From the NCBI GenBank assembly GCA_002269645.1, contig NIVC01001272.1, forward strand, positions 124,001 to 188,000: a stretch of 64,000 nt of DNA, written 5' to 3'. Below are positions 10,449-22,018 of the stretch, piece after piece; position 1 is the stretch's first letter, and each line of letters opens with the position of its first letter. The stretch is from Macrostomum lignano. Lineage: Eukaryota. The translations under genes were made by a program, and so were the position numbers. Below the pieces are notes generated by a model. The model searched no databases. It had not been told where the DNA came from and saw only the letters and a list, made by a program, of their open reading frames with translations.

Positions 10449-13400
10449 ATGACAATGGAGGAAAAAGATAAATGTTGGATCGAAAGTCCAATTAGCTACT
10501 GGGATGAAGAGGAGATCGACGTTAATCCTTGCAAAAGGCTTCTTTACTTAACTAAACAATACGATTTTGAAAAAGCCATTCAGTGTCTCAGAAACTTTGC
10601 ATCATATGAAACTAAGCCACATCTTTTGCCAGATGAATTTCTCAGAACAGCCGCTCACTACGCAGCCATGCATCAGGATGGAGAGGCTGCGCTTACTGAA
10701 ATAGTTAAGAAAGTCGATTCGGATTGCCTGACAACTCCCGATGAGGACAAAATAACTCCTTTACACTTGTCGGCCCGTTATCACTCAGACAAGTCTTGGC
10801 AGCAGAACTTCGAACTCACCCAGAGAACTAACAATGAGCTTCGATTTAGCCTATCCCGGTTCAAAGATTCAAATGGAGACACGTGCGCTCATTGGGCTGC
10901 CAGAAACGCTCAAAACCCGAAAATGGTATTGACAGTTAGAGAAAAATCGTCCAGTGTTTGCTGGAACTGGAAGAACAGTAGAAATGAGACTGTATTGCAC
11001 TATGCTCTCCAGTATTGCTCTCAAATGAGTTCTCTTACGGAGATTCTAAAGCAAAGGGACATCGAAAGCTACATGTTTGCCGAAGAGGATGTCGATGGCA
11101 ACACCGCCGCCCATTTCGCCGCGAGGAATGAAAACTCTGGCTATCGACACTTTAGAAAGATATCTAAAATGCGTACCGATAGTTCTGCTAATCACTGGCT
11201 AAAATGTATGAACAAAAAGGACGAAACTGTTCTTCACTTGGCTGCTCTGCATGGCAGTCCCAGTTTGGCATCGAAGCTGATTCAACTAGCTTCTGAAAAT
11301 CCTAAGACCTTGCGAGAATGGTATGAATTGAAAGACAAGCAGGGAAACACGTTCCTGCACGCATTGGCTCGGAGCGAAGGAAAAGATTCCGTGCTTTTGG
11401 AGGCTCTTAACTTGAAAGCAGCAAGCCCTAATCAAAAGCAGCCTAAACGACAAGAGCTGATAGCGTCGCTGGAACAAAATATGCCAGAAAACGCGCCTCA
11501 ACCGCAGGAAAATCAAGAAAACCAAGCAAAAGCACAGCATGAAAAAAGCCGTTCTGTTGCATCTACCGCCTCACAGGGCCGGCAGCCAGACAACTCAGAT
11601 GTTTCTCGTGTATTGCTTTGCCAAAACAAGCGCAAATCCACAGTTCTTCATTATGCTGTCGAAAACTGCGAGCGGGAAACTATTGAGAAGCTGCTAAAAG
11701 CTATGAAGACGCTTGCCGGAATTCTAATCTGCTGTGACTAAGCGGGAAACACAGTCTTCCACATTGCTGCTAAAAGAACCGATAAAACTGAAGTCCTAAA
11801 GCTCCTGCTTAAATCCCTTAGATTAACTACGGTCGAGCAGGTTGCCCCGATTATGAGAAAAAGAAACAACAAAAACCGATCCGTGTTTCATTTTGCGATT
11901 GACGCAATGGACCCTTCGGATTCCGATGATTCGACTCCAAATGATCCTCCGCTGTCTCAGGAGGATCAGCTGTCTCAGGAGTGGACCATTAAACGCCTGA
12001 TTACGAGCAAAGCAATTTCAAAAGAGGAGCTCCAACGCACTGACAGAGCAGGAAACACGCTTTTGCATTCGCTGATGCAGAGCCAACTCACCTATGATGG
12101 ATTCGAACAGGACATTTTGGATCGATTCAAGCTGCTTGTCAAAAATAAAGTCAAAAAAGACTGCTCACAACAACCTCAATCTAAACTGTCTACATGCAAC
12201 AAAACTGGATCCTTCAGTTCTGCACAAATTGTTGTCGAAAGAAGAAGCAGCAACGCTCTTTGAGGATCTATTAGTTAATTCAGCAACAGGTGCACACATC
12301 ATTCACACTTTCTCAGGTCAGTATGATCTCATTCCTAAAAGCAAGCAGACGCGCAGTGGTCCAGATGGGCAGACAATGCTGGATGTGATTGAAAAAGTAT
12401 CGAATAAAGGAAAAGCAAAGGAGTCGAGTACAGAAATAGAAAAAGAACCAAAGATAGACATTCTAATTAAGAAGAGAGTCAATCCGCCATCTTGCGAAAA
12501 CGCAGAGCACGGAGAGACATGCTTGCACTTTGCTTGCGCTTACGGACATCAAGAAAATATTGCTTTTCTACTCCAGAAAGGCTTGAAAATTTGGTGCGAG
12601 TCCCATTCTGGACAGACGTGTGTTGACTACGCCTTTGACAACGGAAATTTAGATGAGTTCATTTTAGCCGTTCGCAAATACAATCGCAACCCAAACCTGT
12701 ATACTCGGGAAAAAGATACTCAGAGTTCAGGTTCAGGGTCACCGCAACTAACTAACAACAAGGAGATTAAAATGACAGACATATGGCGCCTTCTTGATCC
12801 TCCTAAGCGAGCGCTTAAGCTTCCTGACAGGCAAGCCGCTAGAACAACTCTTGTAACCATTACAAATGACTATGAAACCACAAGAAACCAGCAAGAAAAA
12901 AAGAAGCAAAAGACCGACAGAATGGTTTTGATCAGATCGTTGGAAATGGACTCCAGAAGAATATTTCGCGCCGCTCTCAGTCTGGACATTGTGACGCGCG
13001 AGACCGAGCCTGACTTCACCGAGTATTTCATTGCAACACTGAGGATTGATGGAAATATCAGGAGAGCTTTTCAACAACAGAACATTTTCAAGCACATGGA
13101 TCATGTTGATGACACTTTCGAGCTGGCACTTCTTGACTTGGCTGCCTTCTTCCACCGCGACGAGATCCTACCGGATCTGATTCTGACTCGACAGTTCGAG
13201 CTCATTCCGTGCTGCCTCAGCTTGCTCATCCGACTGGGCCCTGAAATCATCAAGATGCGAGCCAAGGCAGAAGGCAAGCATGAGCAGCTGCTGCAACTGC
13301 AGAAGAAAGTCACAAATATTGCAGTAAACGCACTGAATGAGCTGTTCGAAAACGCTGACAGGACTGAGTTGGAGCTTCTGAACAAGTACATCAAAGGAGA

Positions 13401-15242
13401 AATTACGAACTGCTACAGTAGCCATGACCGAAGTGATGCAAAAGTCAGTAATGATTACCATGGACCAAAATTTCCATACCGAGTCTGGAAACAAAGCGGT
13501 GGAAAGGTGAAGTACAAAAGTGTGTTTGAACTAGTAAAAAAAGCAGACACCCCAGATCTCTTTGCAACTGACTGCATCTACGCACTGACGAATGAACAAT
13601 GGAGGAACCCCATTTCCTCATGCTCAGTTGAGGACGGATATTCGCAAAACTGCGAAGCAGGCAGCTGCTGCCTGCAGTTATGTGGCTCCAGATGCAGGCC
13701 AAAATGGTCTTTACCAACTTCTCCGAGAGCAAAATTTTGGAGTCACACAGCGGCGTTTGCTCTTTTCCTTGGATTTTTCGGTTGGTACGTTCTGGATTTT
13801 CAGATCAGCTACAAAACACCTGAGGTTGACGCGCTTCTTGTAGCCTATCTTCTTTCTTTCTGCTTGCAAGAATGGGTTGAGTTCTGGCGACAGCGATCTG
13901 CAAAGGAGAATTGCAAAATTGGCAAGCATGTCAGACGGCTCAGAGCCTACTTTGTTGATTGGCTAAACATTTTCGATCTTCTCGCCATTTTTTTCCTGTC
14001 GGCCGGTTTGATAGCAAGATGGTTCTACTTTGGTTGGGGTTTCAAGGTGGAGGACGCCTATCCCAGCCAGATGCTCTTGAGCACCTCCTTTGCACTTTTC
14101 TGCTTTCGGTCCGTATCTTTTTTGAGTTATTTTGAAGGTATTGGACCCATGATCAGCATGCTTTGGAACCTGATAATCTTTGATCTGCTGCCTTTCTTGA
14201 TGATTTTGTTCGTCATTTTCGGTTGTTTCGGGGTGTTTTTCACGTGCCTGTTGTTCTCCTTCGCCTGGGCTCCTGAAGCTCACGATGGCAACCCGTACTA
14301 CCGATGGCAAGTCTTCATTCAGGCTGCCACTCTGCCGTTTAACTTGTTGTTCAACAACTTCGACCAGCTCGAGTTCAGTTCTTCTCCGGACAGCACAACG
14401 CTAGGAAAAGTCGCTATCAAACAAGGCCACGAGTGGTTTTACTATTTACTAATATTCATTTTCCTGGGCCTTGTGAATGTGGTGATGATGAACATGCTGA
14501 TCGCGCTCTTCAATTTGCGAGTCACCCAAATGTACGGCGTGGCTATCGGGATCTGGAGAAAGAGATCATTTGAGATGCTGCAAGAGTACCAAGAGATGTC
14601 TCTTTTTCCGCCACCATTTTCGTTTTTGGTGTACTTTTTCTTCAATTTTCCGACATTCGTTTACAGTAAATGTTGCAATCGCAAGAAGAATAAAGTAATT
14701 GCTGACAGCAATTCAAACAATGGTTCTGGTAATATGAACGAAGATGATATGGTAAGTTTCATCAGATTTCGCTTCATAAATTTCTCAAACATTGAAGAAA
14801 ATCTACGGCTACCTTTCTGTTTTTTTAGAACGACAAAACGAAGAGATGGTGGCTGGACAAGAAAAGTTACCCCGCTGATTACACCAGGTTTTTGGCGTTC
14901 CAAGCGACTCAGTTTCGCCGTTGTCGCTCCCGCCTGCTGCGCGACACGCAGTGGAACAGAAACGATTTCGACGTCGTGAAGGCGCACACGGGCAACGAGC
15001 TGGCGGATTTTAAATTAGAGGTGCAGGAAATGCTGGATAACCTGAAGCAGCATGGCAAGCATGAGCATGAAAGTGCTCATAAGTCGGCAGATAAGAGTGA
15101 CGACTTGGAAAACCTCAAGCAGCGGATAGATGATATCGATAAAAAATTGGAACAGCTGCTTGCCCTAGTAAGGCCTGACCGTGCAGTCGAAGTTCGGGGA
15201 CAACTTAGTCCACCTACAATGGATTCGGGTCAGCAGCAGTAG
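10449..15242 (+). pseudogene. Ankyrin-repeat TRP channel (TRPM-like channel core), paralogue 1, disrupted
   Basis: It is collinear with the intact copy at 44393. An in-frame TAA at 11739-11741 replaces the K of the D-K-A/D-G-N-T motif seen in the paralogues. A +1 frameshift lies at the A6 run 12153-12158. A phase-0 intron spans 14752-14828 (gtaagt..ttag). The last exon, 14829-15242, encodes a coiled coil. Confidence 0.85.
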
Positions 15243-16619
15243 CTCTTTTTAACTGATCACGCGGCCTAATTTGACCAGTTTGGCTATTAAAAACTTTTTT
15301 TATTTTCTAGAAATGCCATTATGTTAAAGCCATAACTCAAATTTTAAGCCTATTTCAAATAGATCCCAAACGTTGAAGTCGTAAGAATCGCCTCATAATT
15401 AGAAGTACAAGCGACTATGGATATCGCCATAGATTTATGGTGGGGGGACAAAGGCAAAATTCTACATGACTAAATTTGAACATAAGTTTGGGAATGGGTG
15501 TTGTTAGCACTCATTTTTGGTGGTATTTTTTAGCGCATTGAAGCAAAAATATTGATTTCCGTGACGGTTCACAAGGTAGGGCGGGTGGGGGATAAAGCAG
15601 TGGCCCTGTTTTTAAAATTGCTAATTTATTTGCACTCTTTAACCTGCGCAGATTAACAGCACATATTTAACTTATTTTATCCAATGTACTAAAATGAGCT
15701 GCTTGTATTTAGGTACGCTCGTATGCGATAGATTTCAGAACTTTTTTTACTAAAAGTTCCTAACTACGACCTTTATTAAGACCCACGGATTACCCTTTGC
15801 TTTTTTGATTGATGCTCATTATATCTACGAATTTCTCCCCAGTTACCAATGCGCAGAAATTAGCCATGGACATGTGCTTGCATGGAAGTTAAGATTTTGT
15901 ATCCTATGCTTCACGGTATTTTGATTTTTGCGTCTATCTACTTATATGATACGACTATTATTTACGACTCGTAAAATGGCTCATGCCGCGTTCGTCATTG
16001 CCAATTCACTAGAATGAAATTTTGTGTTTTTTAAAGATTACAATCCCATAGATCTTGCTCCCATTGTACGCTTTTATTTTTTACAACGCCATATTATCTT
16101 AACAATTCTTTTTCGCGAAGAAATCAAAATAAGCCACGAATTGATAAGAAACGATGTATATATCTAAATTTTTTATTATTCTGCTAATCCAATGATTTTT
16201 TTTTCATTTTTACTTACTTCGAGTACTTGCAGCTGCAAATTGTTCAAAAGTTCCCAACATCTCAGGTTGATTTTGTTGAGATGTATTGCTATGCAGATAA
16301 TCACCGATTACTGATCTGTTCCACTTTCTAGAATATGTTCTACACTGGCTGTTGTTTTCTAGGGTACTGTCTGTTTTTTTAGTGTCCGTTTATTTGATTC
16401 AGTACCTTTGCTGCCCTCTTAATAAACAAAGATTATTTAAGGACAAATTTTTATCGATTTTAACTAACCTAGAACAGCTTAGTTACGGCTAGCTGCTTTT
16501 TGCGTTATTTCATCTCTTTCTGTTTGTCTTCACCTCCTGCCTTTGACATCAATCCGGCCAATTAACTCGTAAAAAGAGAAACATTTTTTTGCATTATCAA
16601 ATAAAGATGCTCGTGTATT

Positions 16620-17850
16620 TCAGCTAGGGGCGTCACAAGAATTTTTTCTTTGGGTACGGGTGCCAGCACCAGGGGCTTTAGCACCAGGGGCTTTAGCACC
16701 AGGGGCTTTAGCACCAGGGGCTTTAGCACCAGGGGCTTTAGCACCAGGGGCTTTAGCACCAGGGGCTTTAGCACCAGGGGCTTTAGCACCAGGGGCTTTA
16801 GCACCAGGGGCTTTAGCACCAGGGGCTTTAGCACCAGGGGCTTTAGCACCAGGGGCTTTAGCACCAGGGGCTTTAGCACCAGGGGCTTTAGCACCAGGGG
16901 CCTTAGCACCGGGGGCCTTAGCACCGGGCGCTTTAGCAACAGGGGCCTTAGCACTAGGGGCTTTAGCACCAGGGGCTTTAGCACGAGAGGCTTTAGCACC
17001 AGGGGCTTTAGCACCAGGGGCCTTAGCACCGGGGGCCTTAGCACCGGGGGCCTTAGCACCGGGCGCTTTAGCAACAGGGGCCTTAGCACTAGGGGCTTTA
17101 GCACCAGGGGCTTTAGCACGAGAGGCTTTAGCACCAGGGGCTTTAGCACCAGGGGCTTTAGCACCAGGGGCTTTAGCACCAGGGGATTTGGCATCAGGGG
17201 ATTTAGCACCAGGGGCTTTAGCACCAGAGGCTTTAGCAACAGGGGCTGTAGCACCAGGGGCTTTAGCAACAGGGGCTGTAGCACCAGGGGCTTTCTCCTG
17301 AACACTTGCAACCTACGCGGCAGCCACTGAACCCGAGAAAGTGTCAGAGGCCAGGAAAAAAATTTGGTCCTCAGACACTATCTTGGACTCGAAGGCTAAC
17401 TAACGGCAGACGGACAGCATGCATCCAGCTAGTGTGAAGAAATTGGATGATTGAATGATCGAAGTTTTTTTAATTTCATGCTGTAGGCGAAGTTTCAGCT
17501 CCTGAAATCCAGTTTGACACCATGTTTAGCCTTTCAGGCACAATTTGAGGCATAATTTGGCACTCGTTAAGTTGTCAGACGTTAGACAACCTGCTTTTGC
17601 TTTCATTTGGTTTAGTTTTCGGTTGATAGACAAGGTAAAAGCATGCCTCCCCAGTCCTTCAACCTGGGGAATTTCCTTCTGGCTACTACATTTTTCGACG
17701 ACTGTGAGGTCCAGCAGAGTGTACAATCGGCAGCTCCTAACTTACTTGAATCCATGGATGGTCGCTTGCCCGGTAGCCTTTAGCTAGCGGACGAGCTGGC
17801 GGAAATTTGAGTTTTGGCCAAGGTAGGTGAGCCTGTCTAGTCCTGATTAG
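16620..17850 (-). pseudogene. Degenerate ORF remnant, possibly transposon-derived, whose 3' part is the (KAPGA)n repeat
   Basis: The 17726->17526 ORF frame continues through stops at about 17528, 17402 and 17315 straight into EKAPGATAPVAKAPGA.... No family motif was recognised with confidence. Confidence 0.35.
16653..17292. repeat. 15-bp minisatellite (GCACCAGGGGCTTTA), about 43 copies, with an internal block duplication
   Basis: Direct reading. A block of variant units near 16891-16995 recurs, with one extra unit, near 17011-17130. Confidence 0.97.
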
Positions 17851-18104
17851 AGGCTGGACATTCATAGATGAATGATGAGGCATTCCTAGCTACGGATTTT
17901 TTCTTGGAGATAGCGATGCTTAGCAAAACAGCCATGGTCTGATATAGGGTCCTGGTTAATGCCCTGATGTCTCGGGGGTTGAGTCAAAGCAGGGCCCTTC
18001 AGAGGGATTTTCTGGCAGTCGGAAGCGTTATCCCCTCCTTCCCTGCGCTTAGATTCAATCCAATAGTTAATCAGAGTGGTGATAAAACCGACAGCTCAGC
18101 CGTA

Positions 18105-18326
18105 GCTATTGCGTGGGGCTGTTCAGTCCAAGGACTTGGGGGGTCGCCACACACACATCCTCAATTACCCCAGCTAATGCTGGCACCCATTTTACAGCTG
18201 GGTGAAGTGAAGCAATGCATAGTTAAGTGTTTTGCTCAAGGACACAATTTTTTTCGAGTAAAGGTCGAAAATCGAACCTCCGAACTTTCAGTCGTAGTCA
18301 GACTCTCTAACCGCTAGGCTACGGCA
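18105..18326 (+). mobile_element. SINE-like interspersed repeat, copy 1
   Basis: It shares cagctaatgctggcacccattttacag.tggg...gaagcaatgca.agttaagtgt...gacacaa...aatcgaacc with 19874-20061. The gttaagtg..ttgc.caagg.cac pattern recalls CORE-type SINEs. Confidence 0.65.
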
Positions 18327-19873
18327 TAATCCCATTTTTAGTTGAAATCTTTTTTGCTTGTTAAAATCAGTAAACTTCGAAAAATACTTAGAAAGGCTTT
18401 AAATAGGGACTTAATAATAAGATTATTTTTAGCTATACTATTTCTGGGCAAGCGTTAAAAACTGCCAAAACTAATTAAACCTGCAGGATCAATAAGATAG
18501 ACTTGAGCAAGCATAGTGGCACAACAAGATGCTTCTAGAATTGTACTCATTTCATTCCTTCATTTTCTATTTTACCTGCCTGGTGTGATGTGAGGGGTAG
18601 AGAGGGGTAGAGAAAATATCTTACCCTCTGCCCTTAGCTAGTTAGTTTTTTTACAGAGGCGCGCTGCATCTTCGCAAAATGAACTTAAGACTCTATATCT
18701 CGAGGGTCGAGAGCCCGCCAGTGCAACTCATCTTCATTCAAAATGGCGCCACTTGTCTGCACTTCTGTACAATTGTTTTTTATAAAAAAATAATAGCCGA
18801 CACCCGGTGCCGCGGTGAAACGATAAAAGACAAGGCAGCTGTAATTGCGAGTGGCTGGCGCTAGGTATGCAAGCTGGAATCTGCAGTCTGCGCTCTCAGT
18901 TGTTTTGGTAAGATATCTTTCAATAAATTTTGGAAACGTACAGCTTGTAATAGTCATATTTATTACTACAATAAGTTGTTAATCCACCTCTCTTGAATGT
19001 CTGAAAATTTTCGCACCCCCGGTTTCCATTGATCTCAAAAGAATGAGCAAAATCTACGAAACTTTCCAATCTTTATTGTGTACTTTTGTTTTGATTTCAT
19101 TACTCAGACCTTGCAGTGTTAATCCGGCATTAATTCCGATAACATCAAATCGATTCATTTACAGAAAAACTTGACGACTCGCTGAAGCTGAAGCTGAAGC
19201 AGCTGAGAAGGTGAGGAAATGAAGCATCAAGTTCATACCTGTATCCACACTTTATATCACAGAAAGTTAAATATAAAATTTTGTCTAAGTTACAGTATTG
19301 CCTCTATGCCTCAACAACCGTAATTTAAGATTGCGCCTTATACAGACGCTCTAGAAAAAGAACATATTCTACTAGTTATAGCAAAAGAAATTTATCTAGA
19401 AATTCCAAAACACTGAATCATCTCCTGAACTTCTTTTTTCATACAGCAATTGCAAGATTTGTACAGCGCTGAATAGGTTTTTTGCCATAGACAATTCATA
19501 TGAAAAAAATCGACAAAAGTCATCTAGAAGATTTGATCGAAATCTATAAGTATACCAGGAAAAGTTCGCCAAACTTCTCTTCAGAAATTTGGCATTTCTA
19601 AAGGTCTAGAAATGTCTATTAACTTCTCAAATTAGTTCTGTTTAATTCTGAACAAATGAATGCGACTAAGCCTGTCGATGTTTTGGAGTGGCTCCTGTTG
19701 AACAAAACAAAAAACGGAATTCCTCAAATATTTCGATTGATTTTTATTCGCATGTTTGTCTGTTATCTGTAAAATCAATAATTACCAAACAGACAGTATT
19801 TTTGCTATGGAGTATTAATATGGTAATGTAATTGACTTCACCTGCACCAATTGGGCCAAGTATGCAACAGACG

Positions 19874-20061
19874 GCTATTGAGGCTGTATAGGGCTGTGCA
19901 GTCCATGGACTGGAAAGTCTCAGCTAATGCTGGCACCCATTTTACAGTTGGGTTAACTGAAGCAATGCAGAGTTAAGTGTCTTCGCTAATGACACAAAAT
20001 GTTCCGAGTAGGTAAAGAATCGAACCCCCGACCTTCAAGTCGTGAACCAAAAAGCTACAAC
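19874..20061 (+). mobile_element. SINE-like interspersed repeat, copy 2
   Basis: Diverged homologue of 18105-18326 in the same orientation. Confidence 0.65.
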
Positions 20062-20381
20062 CCCTATGGAGTATATACTCGTACATCTACGAGTGCATCA
20101 AAGCACTAAAATCAACTCAATATGATTGGCCACAGTCATTAAATTCAAAATTGTTGACTCCAGCCACGTACGACACCTGTTAGCCAGGCTCTCGAATTTC
20201 TCAAATTATTAATATATTAATACCCATGCTTTGATGGCGTTAAAGCTCAAAGCATGGGTGTTAATACCCATTAACGCCCGCAATTATGTACTATTAACCG
20301 CCCGGAATTTGCGGGCATTTATTGCAGTTTAAACCATGGACATATATGCTTCACTTATTTTTCCAATGTGTCCATTCGAGT

Positions 20382-20801
20382 CAGCGGGCCTTAATCGAGT
20401 CTATGACATTGTCCAGAAGACACAGCCTGGCGTAATGACAAACTCAACTGGCCATTATTTCAGCTACTTCTCGTCAGCTCAAGCCTATTATCAGCTTATT
20501 CAGTTATAGTCTATGGCCCAACAGCTTTTTTATTTATAGTCTATGGCCCAAATACCGCCCTCTTTACGCAGTCGCACGCACGCAGACTCTTACCCTGAAA
20601 TAATGACCGCTTCCGGCACGCTGAAATAATGGCCAGGCTGTGTCTTATAGACAATGACGTTGCGTAGTAGGTAAGGGGCTGAAATAATGGCCATAGACAC
20701 TCGTGCGCTACGCCCGCTACGCGCACTCGTGTTTGGCCATTATTTCAGCCCCTTACCTACTACGCAATCTACCAATATCGGGCACAATTATTGGCCCGCT
20801 G
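20382..20801. mobile_element. Multi-hairpin foldback (palindromic) non-autonomous element
   Basis: Terminal IR cagcgggcc (20382-20390) / ggcccgctg (20793-20801). IR 20407-20428 / 20635-20656 (2 mismatches). Perfect IR 20449-20464 / 20620-20635. Perfect 34-bp IR 20660-20693 / 20734-20767. Confidence 0.7.
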
Positions 20802-20854
20802 GGCAAAAGGGTCATGGTACAATGTAAATACCTACAATTTTCATTGATAAATTA

Positions 20855-21518
20855 CACCTTTTCTCGTTCAATTGCAACAACACAACAGTTCTTTGTAGAC
20901 AAGACGATATTCTATTTAGACACTCTAAGGTTTGGAGCACAGTTCCAAGCATTCAAATTAGACAAACTGAAATTCTTTTTAGCCAGTGAATATTCAGTTT
21001 AGACTGATAAAAGTGGATAAAAGTGTCATATATGGGTGTTGGCACATTCAATTTAAACAGCCAGCATTCATTTTAGACACCAAGCACAAGGCTCACCTCT
21101 CCCAACTTCCCCAAAGATAACTTTTAAAAGTTCACACAAAAAATCTACTTAGCAAATTTTATAAGAAAAAGATGGCCGCTGTGGTACATGTAGAAGATGA
21201 AGAGGAGATTATCGAATTATCGAAGAGATTGGAGAAGACGAAGAAGAGCTCGACGATGTAGAAGAAGGGGTTGAAGAAGAACAAGACCGACGAGGGCCCT
21301 ATAGGAGAATATCCAATGAGGATCGAGCTGGTGAGGATTTTGTTTTCTTGGTGGAGAGGATGGGAATCAAAAGAACTGCGGCATATTCCATCGTTCGATC
21401 GGGAAGAAGAGAAAAGCGATCAAAGGGCGGCAGAACATACGCTAAGTTTGACGCGCAGATGTTGCAGTTCTGCTCCGAAATTCTGGAAGAATTCTTGTTC
21501 TGTATATCTGTCTCTTTA

Positions 21519-21590
<72 letters not shown>

Positions 21591-21927
21591 TCATTTGCTT
21601 TTAAATAAAAAACAGTAAAAAAACGACTCAAATGGTGATTTAAAAGAAGCGACAGGTTTTTAGGTTCGTACACGTTTTTAGCCAGTCCAGCCATTTCCTT
21701 GTGACGAAATAGAATGTTGCTAAATTGAATGACAGTTTGTTTGCAAGCAGTAACTTGTAACTAAAATTTAAGTATGTGTCTAAACTGAATATTCACTGGC
21801 TAAAAAGAATTTCAGTTTGTCTAATTTGAATGCTTGGAGCTATGCTCAAATTCCTAGAGTGTCTAAATAGAATATCATCTTGTCTAAAAATAACTGTTGT
21901 TTTGTTGAAATTGAACGAGAAAAGGTG
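20855..21927 (+). mobile_element. Internally deleted Tc1/IS630-like DNA transposon with ~150-bp TIRs
   Basis: It starts CACCTTTTCTCGTTCAATT and ends AATTGAACGAGAAAAGGTG, flanked by TA (20853-54 and 21928-29). The TIRs are about 20855-21004 and 21778-21927. An HTH-like remnant reads RGPYRRISNEDR...MGIKRTAAYSIVRSGRR..KGGR. A (TC)n tract sits where the DDE domain would be. Confidence 0.88.
21522..21586. repeat. (TC)n microsatellite inside the Tc1-like element
   Basis: Direct reading. Confidence 0.95.
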
Positions 21928-22018
21928 TAGCTGTTGGAAAATAAATATGCAACCAGTTTTCTATTCTGTTCATTTTCAGGTCTGCACTTCCGCTCAACGG
22001 TATCCACAGCTTCTCGGA

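Noticed and set aside
11286-14987. Numerous short antisense ORFs over the TRP genes (also at 22-26 kb and 44-49 kb)
   Set aside because: They are shadows of long sense ORFs, with no independent motifs.
16562-17330. Long (LKPLV)n, (TRGFS)n and (APGAL)n ORFs as genes
   Set aside because: A 15-bp unit leaves four of six frames open automatically. Only the KAPGA frame connects to flanking protein-like sequence.
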